Positions 23,391-35,491 of a stretch of DNA of 64,000 nucleotides are shown here, in pieces. The stretch is from Neodothiora populina (taxonomy: Eukaryota). The stretch is from contig NW_027191402.1 of NCBI RefSeq assembly GCF_041146345.1, positions 62,001-126,000 on the forward strand, given 5' to 3'. Positions within the stretch are counted from its first letter, which is position 1. Every line of letters begins with the position of its first letter. Position numbers and translations under genes: made by a program. The notes under the pieces were generated by a model that saw only the letters and a list, made by a program, of their open reading frames with translations, did not search any database and was not told the DNA's origin.

Positions 23391-23410
23391 CCCCCCCCCC
23401 CCCCCCCCCC
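23391..23410. repeat. Poly-C homopolymer (C20)
   Basis: Read directly from the sequence. Confidence 0.95.
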
Positions 23411-23665
23411 ACGCGGCTTGCGCTGGTAAGGCTTTATCGGGTGAAAGAGAGGCGCCTTTCCATAGACAAGGGAAAAGAAAGCTTAATTGAAAATACAGTT
23501 CGACCCGTGAACCTTGGCAAAGGCTTGACACTTTTGCAGTAGGTTCTACCGAAACAGCCTAAATATTGTAAAGCCAAGCCAATGGAAGGCAAACCCTCAC
23601 TCGTCGAGGGCTGTCCGGTTCCGCGACATTCTCCTGCATATTGCATATTGCATATGTACAATACT

Positions 23666-23668
<3 letters not shown>

Positions 23669-23699
<31 letters not shown>
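23669..23699. repeat. (AG)n microsatellite
   Basis: About 15 perfect AG units. Confidence 0.95.
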
Positions 23700-23703
<4 letters not shown>

Positions 23704-24467
23704 GATCGGCTCTGAATGTTTCGGGGCCGTTCCTGCCAACAAACCAACCACTATACTGCAGTATATCCTTCCTCACTGGAAACTTGATCGATGATTTCAA
23801 CAGTCATAATGCAACACGTACAGCATGGACGAATACCACCACCCTTTATCCCCACTGGAAACGCCATCCGACGGACGCACTATCAACAGCAGCAGCAGCA
23901 GCAGCAAGCGCACGCGCGCCATACATCCGAACTGCCGAATTCCCGCGACGCAATACCACCCTTACCTTACCTTTTCTTGCCTGCCCTTTTTTCACGTGGA
24001 TTATTTTTGCTGGAGTCGAGTGGATCCTTAGACTCGCCTTCGAAGAAAATGAGGCGGTGTGATTTGCTGAGAGGCAGTGGCACCTTCCATACACTACCCT
24101 GCTTTCTCGGACACGCCGTACGCTAGCTGGTCGGGTCGGATGATCCTTCTTTGTGTGGGAGATGACGGCACTTACAGCGGTAGAGCTAGACACTACTGCG
24201 TAGAGCGAGGTGATTCAGGAACACATTCGCCCGTCGATGTGCGATACAGTGCAATGATATCTGAGCAAGATTTGACCAGTAGTCTAGATGCATTGTGACT
24301 GCCTAGATTACAGGCCTGTCTCGGTGCACATTTATGGTGATGAAGTATGGTAATTGTAATGATTTCTCGTGCCAGGCGTTCTTCTACATGCTCTGCAATC
24401 AAGCGTACATGATCAAATCTTTTTCGTTATATCCTGCTACCAGCTCGTGATAAAACACTTTCCAAGA

Positions 24468-26333
24468 CTAGCCGGTAGGAGACTTGCATGAGAATGAATC
24501 GATCGATCCAACACTGCTGTAGGCCTCGTTCATGGCGTAGATACTCGAGTACATGCCCAGGATCGCAGTCACGGTCGCTCCGAGGAAGAAGAAAACGTTG
24601 AACGAGTTCTTCCATAGCTGGACTCTGAAGCCACGCTTGATGCGATCCCAGGTGAATCCGGAACGCACCAAGGTGCCGTTGGACGGGTTGAAATGGTCCG
24701 CCTCGGTCATCGAGTCCTTGAGGACATTAAAGCCAATGCTCAGAAGTGGCGGGAAAGTGTAAGAAAACTGCAGGATCATCGCTGCGCCAACGAATGCCGA
24801 CAAGTTTGAGATCTGAGGCACCGCGGCGCCAACGATGAAGGCGAGTCCCCAGTAAAGTGGAACAAATCCCACCCAGATCAACTTTCCGGTCTTGCTCTCG
24901 AGAGGAGGGAACTTCAGGAATCCTCTGCCCACGGTGGCATAGAGCACCTTGATGCCAATGTTGCCGTACAAGCATGCAGCGATCAAGCCTGATAGCAGAC
25001 TCAAGACGTTGCCGACCGTTTGCCACGCGTATGGGTTGATTCCTTGATAAGCAGGGTTGTATGCGAATTGTCCCTGGTATGAGTACACCACGAGACCGAA
25101 TATGATGTAGCACCAGAAGATGAACACTTCGGCGCAGATCATTCCCTTCCAGAAATCCATTGGTCTTCTCATCTCAGCCATGAGCTCGTTGAACAAGGTT
25201 GCGCCTCCGTAGGAGAATACAGCTTGCATGAGACCATTGATGTTGTCTCTCAGGTCTTTGCCGGGTGGGACACCGCCAGTGGTGACTATCGGGCCCTTGG
25301 GGATCGCGGAAGTATTAAAGACTGCTTTGTAGTTGGGTTGCGTCGAGCCGACCACTGCCATGGTCATGATGATGATGAAGACGTTCATCCAGACGGCGGC
25401 ATTGGCCAAGAGCGAGAATCTCGCCAAAGTTCTGATCTGACCTATGATCATACCAGCGGCCATGAAAATGACCAGGCAGGCAACAAAACACAAGGGCTTG
25501 TCGTAAGAGTGTGGCTGCGATAATTGTGCGATTCCTTGGCCGTTACTGATGATCAGCAAGCAGACGTTCAGAAAGAATTGGCAACTCTGGAGAACGTTAC
25601 AAACATGGCGAGCCCATGAACCGTAGATACGGTAAGCGATGTCGCCGTAGTTCTTGACTGGGTATTTGTCGGAATCTAAGCCGAGGAAACACCTCCACAG
25701 AAGAATGCCAGCACTAGATGATATTAGTTTAATGGCCCATATATTCACATGACAGAAAAGACATACTATCCTGCTAGTACACCGAAGACCAAGTACAGGG
25801 CGATTCCAGGCCCGTAGCCGAGTTGGGCAAACGCCCATGGAACGGAGAAGGGCCCGAGAATATCGGTAGTGATAAGGTAGAAGACGGCGCCCCAGGTTGC
25901 AGTCCTCGCAGCTCGCGAAGCTTGGTGCCACTCGTAGTCGGTGATCACTCCCATAGATTGCGTCGTCGACTCAGACTGATCCTGGTTGGACATCTCAGAC
26001 TCCACAATCTTCTTCTCCTTGTTGGTTCCCAGAACGGACGTCAGGTGGCTTATGCCACGTCCCGTGGTAGACAATGTCTTCTCGTACTCTCGAGTCCAAT
26101 TGGCAAAGTAGAGGTACTCTTCAAATGAGACGTTCTTTTCGTGCCCATCAGACTGGCCCTCATTGTAATTCGGGGGTTCCACATCGACCTCACGATTTGG
26201 GATGACATCAACCTCCTTGCCTAATCTTTGGGAAAATGTGAGCTTTAGGTGCTACCTCATCTCCCTATACCAAGAAATGAAGTGGTACTGACCTTGGGTC
26301 GGCGACGCCGCCAAGTCCTGCATTGGTCGCCAT
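24468..26333 (-). CDS. Neutral amino acid permease (Aa_trans / Mtr-like)
   Basis: ARTATWGAVFYLITTDILGPFSVPWAFAQLGYGPG and AVFSYGGATLFNELMAEMRRPMDFWKG, with many TM helices and two introns. The start is either 26333 or 26323 (see findings). Confidence 0.9.
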
Positions 26334-27625
26334 GGCTTATAGGCAGGTAGGTAATTGACACTGATTGCAATACAAAGACAGGAGAAGAGGGGAATGCAAG
26401 ACTTCTTTAATTATAATTATTGGACGGTCGGCCTCAGCGCATGACGACCTTGCAGATGCAGTTGGCTCGGGCGTAAAAGCGACTGCATCCTACAAATATC
26501 CTACTGTAAAACGAACTCGCGACGAGTTGCAAATATGCGGATATACGACCGATACCCACCCCCCCACACGAAGATCGTGGCGATGGTGTGTCGATCAGGT
26601 GCTGGGAATATCGAGCTGCCTCAAGCGACTGATAAGCAACCTAGGCAATCTCCAACGGAGTATTCGGCTCCGCCCGAAGTCTAATCAAAACGACATTGGG
26701 ATCGAAACTATTTGTCAAGCACCACCACAAGTTCTTGCAGCCATGATACAGGAACGATGGCCCATTCGACGGTGATGCTGGTTATCTCGCAGCATTTCTT
26801 GGCCACTTACATGCTGATATCGTGTACACTTGTATCGACCCCTAGCAATAGGACGAGGCACGGTGGCATGCTAGACATGGAAAGCCATGACCTATGGCTA
26901 GCGTCATTTTCAATATTGCTGCGGCAAGGTGTTGTTGGATAGTGGGCGGAAGATAGTGTAGAAGGATCCGAGTATGTGTAATGCTATCGGAACGTTGCTG
27001 AGGACTTGTCCTCAAAATGCTTTCCAGGCAGTCGTTGAGTCGAGTCGGGCAGGTAGAGGCTGACCGCGCCTGCCGAGATACCCGGGGTACGAATTAGATT
27101 TCATTTGCCACAGATGTCGCAATCGAGGACATGCGGTTCTGCTCGAAGAATGCTCGTCCAGAGAGAAGAAAAAGTACAAGAGTGCTCGAGTGCGGTTCAA
27201 GGTCTTATTATACAAATCAGACATGCCTTGGCAGCGCGGTAGTACGGTATTCACATTGCGATATCGGCAAGAGGTGGGAAACGCTTCTACATGCGAAGCC
27301 AACTTTAGCAGACGGGAGATCACAAAGATGCAGCGGAGGTGTTCCTAGGCGACCTTGGCAAGCATATACCAGACCGTGATGGGAAGGATAGTCCGTGTAG
27401 TCCAATCTGGAATGTCCATCTGCTGACGCCAAACCTGAGCGATGCATAACCAAGAGGGACAACTGAATGGCACGCAAAGATAAGGTAAGCAGTAGTGGTG
27501 GGGGTGTCAATTGGTCGAGATAATCACGTGGGGTAGTCGAGGGTGCACTTACCCTAGGATTGGAGACGGAGTGAACCGACGAATGAATCCTTCGGGACCT
27601 GCCTAATGCGGTCGATCAATTTGAG

Positions 27626-27647
27626 CGCGAGTGAACGCGCGACGCGT
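27626..27647 (+). promoter_or_regulatory. Cluster of MCB/CGCG elements upstream of MSH2
   Basis: CGCGAGTGAACGCGCGACGCGT, including a perfect ACGCGT at 27642-27647, about 260 bp before the ATG. Confidence 0.6.
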
Positions 27648-27903
27648 CTCCCACTTGCATATCTGCTAACTACCATTGTGAAAAACCTTGGGTACTTACT
27701 TCTAATACTACACGCTCGACTTGGTTTCCAAGACTCGTACATTGAAGAAAGGAATAAAAGTCTACAACTAGTCCAGCTGGGCTCCTTTCGAGAAGATCAT
27801 TACACGTGCTGAGCTCTCAGACCAAAGCGTGGCGAGCTCATTCAGCTCTAACCGCTAGGGAACCATCTACAGAGAAGACCAACGAACAGTGTGTTCCATT
27901 GAA

Positions 27904-30675
27904 ATGGCGTCTCGACCTGAGCTGAAGGTAGACGACGAAGTTGGTTTCATCAAGACATTTCGTGGTCTACCCGCCAAGGAGAATGAATCTATCCGCATTT
28001 TCGACCGCGGCGATTTCTACACCGCACACGGCGACGATGCCGAATTCATTGCGCGGACCCAATACAAAACCACTTCAGTACTAAAGCAGCTGGGGAGAGA
28101 TCCAGGTCTCCCATCTGTTACTCTGTCACACACAGTCTTTCGCGCGTTCCTACGGGAAGCTCTCTTTAGGCTGGGCAAGCGCGTTGAGATATGGCAGTCT
28201 ATGGGCAAGAATAAGTGGGACTTAGGTAAACAAGCATCCCCGGGCAACCTTCAAGATGTTGAAGAAGACCTAGGCGGTCATCTGGAAACCTCTCCCATCA
28301 TCCTTGCAGTCAAAGTCTCGGCTAAAGCAGCCGAAGCACGTAACGTTGGTGTCTGCTTTGCAGATGCCAGTGTGCGTGAGCTCGGCGTGAGCGAATTTGT
28401 TGACAACGATGTCTATTCTAACTTTGAATCATTGATCATTCAGCTTGGCGTGAGAGAAGTCCTCTTGCAGTTTGACAGTGGCAGGAAGGATGGCAGCAAA
28501 AAGGATCCCGAGCTCACTAAATTGCGAGCTATCGCGGACAACTGTGGCTGTGCCGTTTCAGAGCGTCCTGCCTCCGACTTCACAAACAAAGACATCGAAC
28601 AAGATCTGAGTCGCCTCCTTCAAGATGAGAAATCGTCTTCCATCCTTCCCCAAGCTGATATGAAACTCGCTATGACATCTGCCGCTGCATTGATAAAGTA
28701 TCTTGGCGCAATGTCGGATCCCTCTAATTTCGGTCAATTTCGTCTATACCAACATGACCTTACACAATACATGAAGCTGGACGCCTCAGCGCTCAAAGCC
28801 TTGAATCTCATGCCGGGACCGAAAGACGGCTCCAAGACGATGAATCTATTCGGCCTCTTGAACCATTGCAAAACGCCCGTGGGGACTAGATTACTATCAC
28901 AATGGCTCAAGCAGCCTCTGATGAACCTTGATGAGATAGAGCGTCGACAACAGCTCGTGGAGGCTTTCGTCAACGACACTGACCTCAGGACATCTATGCA
29001 AGACGACCATCTGCGATCCATTCCCGATCTCTACCGTCTCGCCAAGAAGTTTCAGCGAAAAGCTGCGAATCTAGAAGACGTCGTACGCGCATACCAAGTG
29101 GCTATACGCATCCCATCGTTCATTGGTACACTAGAGGCCGTCATGGACGAGGTATATAAGGATCCTCTCGATGCGGAATATACTTCCAAGCTCCGCGAAT
29201 ACTCTGATGCGCTATCTAAACTCCAGGAGATGGTCGAAACCACTGTCGATCTCGATGCCATCGACAATCACGAGTTCATCATCAAATCGGAATTTGACGA
29301 CGGACTACGTGTCATTCGAAAGAAGCTTGATAACCTGAGATATGCTATGGACAAGGAGCATGCTCGGGTTGGAGACGACCTCAACCTAGACACCGAGAAG
29401 AAATTGTTCCTCGAAAACCATAAGGTGCACGGTTGGTGCTTCCGTGTTACCCGCGCAGAGCAGAACGTTCTTCGTGGTAACCGCAAATACCAGGAGTGTG
29501 CGACCATGAAGACAGGCGTATACTTCACCAATAGCTCCATGCAATCTATGCGACGAGAGTTTGACCAGCTATCTGAAACCTACAACAAAACGCAAAGCGG
29601 TTTAGTCAACGAAGTCGTCAGTGTGGCAGCTTCATACTGCCCGGTCATTGAGAAACTTGCCGGTGTGTTGGCTCATCTTGATGTCATTGTGGCATTCGCA
29701 CATGTCTCGTCGCAAGCCCCGACTCCTTACTGCCGTCCAAAGATGCATCCGCGTGGCACTGGCAATACTATCCTGAGTGAAGCACGCCATCCTTGTATGG
29801 AGATGCAAGATGATGTCACATTCATCACTAATGATGTTGCACTGAAACGAGGCGAATCGGAGTTCCTCGTAATCACCGGACCAAATATGGGTGGTAAATC
29901 AACATACATCAGACAGATTGGTGTCATCGCTCTTATGGCTCAGATTGGCTGCTTCGTGCCATGTGCTGAAGCAGAGCTCTGCCTTTTTGACTGTATCCTC
30001 GCTCGTGTCGGAGCTAGTGACAGTCAGTTGAAGGGTGTGAGTACGTTCATGGCAGAAATGCTTGAAACCGCAAACATCCTCAAGTCAGCTACGAAAGAGA
30101 GCCTGGTCATCATCGATGAGCTTGGTCGTGGCACAAGCACATATGACGGATTCGGTCTTGCTTGGGCAATATCAGAACATATAGTGAAAGAGATTGGTGC
30201 TTTCACCATGTTCGCCACTCATTTTCACGAGTTGACAGCACTCACGGACAGCTACCCTCAAGTGCAGAATCTTCATGTTGTTGCACACATCAGCGACTCT
30301 GACGATGGGGCCCTGGGCAAGCGGCGAGAAGTCACTCTCATGTACAAAGTTGAGCCTGGCATCAGTGACCAATCGTTCGGTATCCACGTCGCCGAGCTCG
30401 TACGTTTTCCACAGAAGGTCGTTAATATGGCTAAGCGGAAGGCGGATGAGTTGGAAGACTTCTCTGGCAAGCACGAAGACGTCAAAATCCAGGCTACTAA
30501 AGACGAGGTCGAGGAGGGAAATCAATTGCTCAAGGAGATCCTTGTCCAATGGAAAAGCGAGGTCGAGAAGGGCTCTCTGAGCAAGGAAGAACAGCTTCTC
30601 AAGATGAAGGAGTTGGTGTCTGGAAACAAGGATTTGCTGGCAAACCCTTTCTTCCAGCGTGTCAGGGCTTTATAA
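27904..30675 (+). CDS. MSH2: DNA mismatch repair protein Msh2
   Basis: MASRPELKVDDE, IRIFDRGDFYTAHG, Walker A TGPNMGGKSTYIRQ, GVSTFMAEMLE, IIDELGRGTST, FATHFHELT. Intronless. Confidence 0.98.
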   Translation: MASRPELKVDDEVGFIKTFRGLPAKENESIRIFDRGDFYTAHGDDAEFIARTQYKTTSVLKQLGRDPGLPSVTLSHTVFRAFLREALFRLGKRVEIWQSMGKNKWDLGKQASPGNLQDVEEDLGGHLETSPIILAVKVSAKAAEARNVGVCFADASVRELGVSEFVDNDVYSNFESLIIQLGVREVLLQFDSGRKDGSKKDPELTKLRAIADNCGCAVSERPASDFTNKDIEQDLSRLLQDEKSSSILPQADMKLAMTSAAALIKYLGAMSDPSNFGQFRLYQHDLTQYMKLDASALKALNLMPGPKDGSKTMNLFGLLNHCKTPVGTRLLSQWLKQPLMNLDEIERRQQLVEAFVNDTDLRTSMQDDHLRSIPDLYRLAKKFQRKAANLEDVVRAYQVAIRIPSFIGTLEAVMDEVYKDPLDAEYTSKLREYSDALSKLQEMVETTVDLDAIDNHEFIIKSEFDDGLRVIRKKLDNLRYAMDKEHARVGDDLNLDTEKKLFLENHKVHGWCFRVTRAEQNVLRGNRKYQECATMKTGVYFTNSSMQSMRREFDQLSETYNKTQSGLVNEVVSVAASYCPVIEKLAGVLAHLDVIVAFAHVSSQAPTPYCRPKMHPRGTGNTILSEARHPCMEMQDDVTFITNDVALKRGESEFLVITGPNMGGKSTYIRQIGVIALMAQIGCFVPCAEAELCLFDCILARVGASDSQLKGVSTFMAEMLETANILKSATKESLVIIDELGRGTSTYDGFGLAWAISEHIVKEIGAFTMFATHFHELTALTDSYPQVQNLHVVAHISDSDDGALGKRREVTLMYKVEPGISDQSFGIHVAELVRFPQKVVNMAKRKADELEDFSGKHEDVKIQATKDEVEEGNQLLKEILVQWKSEVEKGSLSKEEQLLKMKELVSGNKDLLANPFFQRVRAL

Positions 30676-31164
30676 GGGCGAAAAGATGTCTGTAGGCTGT
30701 CACATTCACTTTCAGTGGACAAGCCATGACATGCAGAAATTATCAGTACATTAGCGATCTACGTAGCCACAATGTAATAACACGCCAGGCATGCTTCTGC
30801 CTATAATGTTTGAGACTGTAGTTCCCTCCACAATGGTGAGGTTGTCTGCGGCGGAGACCATCTACAGTATATCAGGAAATGCCTCGGCTTCACAGTCAAG
30901 TGATCATAAGCTTTGAGGTACATTCACCCTCGCCTGGCTCAAACTTGTATCACAGAGGCAACAAAGTGCCGCTTACAGTACATTTCGAAGGTGCGGGGTT
31001 CAACATAACTCATGCTTAGGGACAAATCTAATATCCTTCTGAGAGACATTTTGTGAGGATGTGGGGCGCCTGATCCGATCATAAGTCCTATATATGTGTT
31101 AGATGTCGCCCGGACATTATAGTAAACAAAATGTGCAAGGACATCTCTCAGCCACACCACATAT

Positions 31165-32288
31165 ATGATGACATCTCACGAGTACGTCGACAGAGCTTCT
31201 GTAGAGGCTTTGGGGAAGCCTGACCCAGAGTATATGGAGGTAATGTAGCCACTTGAACTCACTTCTTGTTATGATACAATGGCCTGACTGTGACGCAGTA
31301 CCTTGAGAACAATCCACAAGTGGATTTCCCTTGGAACGACATGCCCGCGTTGCGCCAAATGGCGTCCACTATGAGCAATGCAGCGTTTGAAATGTTCAAG
31401 CGCGCGGATGTCAAGGACTCTGTGATCACTGTTACCATGCGAGACGGCTATGAGAGCACGGTGGCTATCTTCACCCCAGTGAGCAAGCCAGAAGGTGGGA
31501 GTCCTCTTGTGGTCCTGCTCTATGGCGGTGGATTTCTCATAGGCACGTGCAAGGATATGGCAGTCTGGGCTAGAGCCTGTGTGACTCTATACGGTGCTAC
31601 AGTAGTATGCCCTTCCTATCGCTTGGGGCCTGAGAACAAATTTCCTGCAGCGCAGAACGATGTCTGGGATACATTGAGATGGTCGATAGATAACGCTGCC
31701 TCTCTTGGAGCAGATCCACGCAAGGGTTTCGTTCTCGGTGGCACCTCAGCTGGTGGTCAGCTTTCCGCTGTCACGGCCCAGAAATATGTGGGTGAGAAGC
31801 TCGCACCCCCATTAACGGGCATTTGGCTCTCCATCCCGGCGATCCTGGCTCATGACTTTCCCCCACCCAAAGAGTATCAAGATGTCTTCTTCTCAAGAGA
31901 TCAGAACGCAGACGCACCCATACTGACGAGCTCTGCTATCGACATGATTGACGAGGTCTACGCAATGGATCACTCCTCCGATATGTTCTCACCATTCAAT
32001 GCAAAGAACCCACACGTTGGATTGCCACCGACCTATTTCCAAGTTGATGGTCTTGATCCTCTGAGAGATGACGGTCTGATCTACGAAAGGGTCTTGAGAG
32101 CCCACAGTGTCACCACTCGAATTGATGTCTATCCCGGATTGCCTCATAGTCATTGGTCATTCTTCCCTGGCTTGAGGTCCACCGTCAAGGCTCAGACCGA
32201 TATCGTGAAAGGCCTTGGATGGCTGCTGGGGCAGGATGCAAGTCCTGACAAGATTGTCCATGTCCTCACGCCATCGGTAGCTCTCTGA
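31165..32288 (+). CDS. Alpha/beta hydrolase (HSL-family esterase/lipase)
   Basis: Exon 1 MMTSHEY...PEYME, one intron, then LLYGGGF (variant of HGGG), YRLGPENKFPA, nucleophile GTSAG, DPLRDDG and YPGLPH. Confidence 0.88.
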
Positions 32289-32551
32289 AGCAGCGAACAT
32301 CTTTCTGGAAGCAATCGGACAATGGTCTATATCCTGCATCCTGCCTCGCCGACTAGGCTTTCGGGCATGTCCTGTAAGCTCTTCCAGAGACTTGCATTGC
32401 TCAAGATGAATGTCGTATCGAGAATGTTTATGTATGCTTCTAGCTCGGTTCTCAGATGTGTGGGAAGATGTGAAACTCGTGCGCAATGGTCGAAGAGAAG
32501 AAATTCGGTATTCGTAAGATAATATTGGATCGGTGAGAAATCAAAGTACTT

Positions 32552-33903
32552 TCAAGAGCCAGGCTTTATCGGGGTATGGCGGCTGAATTTTTGGGTGTAC
32601 TTTGCGTAAGGCGCCTGCGCCTCCTCATCCACAACATGTACATTCACAGTTTTTGTGATGCCGTCATTGCCATCCTGTGGTGACAGTATCGACATTTCGC
32701 TACCGTAGTCATTGTCGTGATTTCGGATACCAGTTCCCGTCTTGGTTCGCGATTGCAATGCAATTGATTCCGTTCGAGCACTCCGTCCGCGAGACGAACG
32801 TACGGTGTTGTCTATGAAGCGGCGACACAGACTATCGAATTGGCTTCGCAATGGAGGTAGACATGCAGCAAAAATGGCGACGCACACTTCTGCTCTATTG
32901 ATTGGATCAGCACAACGATATCCAATGAGTAGAAAAAGAGACTTACGAGCTCCAGATCGTCAGGTCCACGGAATCCCCTGGCAGTCGTGTCAATTGAGCG
33001 CCCGTTCCTAAGATCTCATACATACTTACACGTCGGGTCCTTGGTCATCATGAGAGCTTTCAAGTGTGAGAGCTTGACTATTGAGCAAATCGTGGCGCTT
33101 CGAGTCATGGTCAGTATATCTGAATAAGGAGTGAGGATTAATCAACTGACAATATTCCAAAAACGAAGACCACCCGGAGACCCCACTGCACGCGAGGAGG
33201 TAGCTGGACTGCTGCTAGATAAAGTATCGGAACGGCAGAGTAGATGATGTCGGTGACCATATTCGTACCTGGATTTGTGTCAATACTCGTCATTGTTATC
33301 ATCAATATCAGATCTTCGCCTCACAGCTCTGTACAAAGCCACAGATCATATTGACACTGCGTGGCCAACATTTGCCTGGTAAGGTCATGTCCCAGTTCAG
33401 TGCCACATTGTCGCAGGCAGCAAGAATAGATGTCATAGCAACTGCGCCATTGCATATCACAACTAGCGCAATTGTCGACCAGATGACGATCCTGTACTTC
33501 TTGGTGAAGTCAAGGTACAGAAGAAAAGTTGCAATACTGAGCTTCGCAAGGAACATTCCAAGGAGGTTCAGTACCTCCGCATACCATATGAAACGAAGAG
33601 CATTAACCCTATCTGCCGGTGCAAAGGCAGGATCGAATATGTGTCTCCCGAGACCATAAACGGCAGACTGTGCACAGCACGCAAGCCCTGATGTACTTGA
33701 TGCCTATACACATGTGAGTGCATGCTTAAACCCCCAAGTTTCAAGAACATCAGACTCACCATCGCAAGGAATATGAGCAGATCCGCGATCTTGTAATATC
33801 TCTTGATGACGACATTGGTGAACACCCTCCAGAGAACGATCAAGCTTGGTAGTATGGGCAAGAATATCGAAACTCCTAAGAGCATGCTCTGACGACTCTC
33901 CAT
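32552..33903 (-). CDS. PTH11-like (rhodopsin-domain) integral membrane protein without CFEM
   Basis: Six exons join in frame: ADLLIFLAM / YGLGRH...AKLSIATFL...WDMTLPGKC / NMVTDIIYSAVPI / CSIVKL / DPTWDSVDLTIWS / AEVCVAIFAACLPPLR. Confidence 0.85.
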
Positions 33904-35491
33904 AATGATCAAGTTTACAATCGCGAGACTTGTGCTGACTTGACCGTTGTGTTCAAAACAAACTCCCAGATACTACATTTGGATAAAAGAATGGAAGTAG
34001 GACCGACGAATGGACTAGACTGCCCGCGGTGAAGGAGATTCGCGAAACGCGTCTAGCTAGGTAGGCATAAAAGGTGTGCAGTCACTCTCAACCTTAATGA
34101 AGTTTTCCACAGCATTCAGACAACCTACATATTCCTACCAGGTTACAGGGTGTCCGTCTCGTGTCTTTGGGGGGCACTGGGTGCGTGTAGCCCAAAGCCA
34201 TGGCGCGCGGCCTAAATGATAGGGTCCCTTAGAGTAGATGATACGCTCTCGTGAACCAGAACACTCCCTCGGTCGCTTAATGAGGACAGCCAGCCGGTGC
34301 GCGATCAAGCTCCGGATTAGTCTGGGATGGGCGGCACTAAAGAGCAGAAGGGTAATCATGGAAGGCAAATGGCGGGATCGTGGTCACTCTCCATGTCACG
34401 ACATGATCGAATGTTGGCTGAGGCCAACGAGCCAATCGTATTGCCGATCCTGGTCGGCTTTCTGAGATCCCACCAGGCTTGTTGTATGTGCTGATCGTTG
34501 TACAGGTCAAAGGCTTGATGTTCGAATCTGCCAGGTCCTCCGCCTTCCCCATCTACAAGAAACATCCAAGCACTTGGCAAAATCCACAGCGGAGGGTAAT
34601 AACATATTAGTGTTTCTTGAAACTTGGTCTAAGCGTGTTCTGAGGTTTTCCATACAAGTAGGGCTTCTGTTCAGTGCTTGATCTTCTCAACAACACCTCG
34701 AAGCGCTAGACTCTGGCCCCATCCTATAACCTCCCACCTCCCGCCGTCTATTTCAGATCTTCGCTGCGGTACAAGTAGCTGCGGTAGTCCGGACCGGCGA
34801 TCCTGATATTGCGCGATATTGACATGAATCGGATTTTTCAGAATGAACAGAGAGATCAAATTCACCGCACATATATTGATATTTAGCACTACAAGGGACG
34901 ATGCTTCAAGCTATACGGCGGGCCCCTCGCCGCTTCAGACAACTTGATTGTAGCTTAGTAAGTTTCGCAAACGCCACGTGCCGGATGGACAATATGGTTC
35001 GTGCGACCAGCCGCTTTGACGCCCACCTCTTCCGTAGACCGTCTCCGAGTAGCGCGCTATGCTCCGTAGTGGCAGCCCATATGCATATTAGCTATGGCGT
35101 CGCAATCTTGCCATATTGTTATCAAGGAATTGCAACTTCGGCAAGAAGATGAAACGTTATAGAGTTGAAGGCTTTTATAAGCCTCGGAGAATTGTCCAGA
35201 AGCACTCGAACCTGGACAATGCTCCCGGCTGTGAAGGCAGTCACCCGAGAATGTAGTTCGCATGCCCTATACCATACAGTATAGGGCCCGCAGACCTCTT
35301 TACACCTTCCATACAAGGCCCATCACTATATTATGGGGATTACTGCATGGACCATTAGTCGAACTCAAGTTTGAGATGCGTGGTTTCTTGGTCTTCATAC
35401 ATAAGTCTTGACACTCCGTGAACCTCGCCATAGTCTCAAGGATCTCACCTTGACATTCATTCTTTCAGTCGTTCATTTCATCATTTGCATA

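Noticed and set aside
34520..34532. B-box-like GTTCGAATC (also GTTCGACTC near 51798)
   Set aside because: No T-stem pairing or cloverleaf, so not a tRNA.
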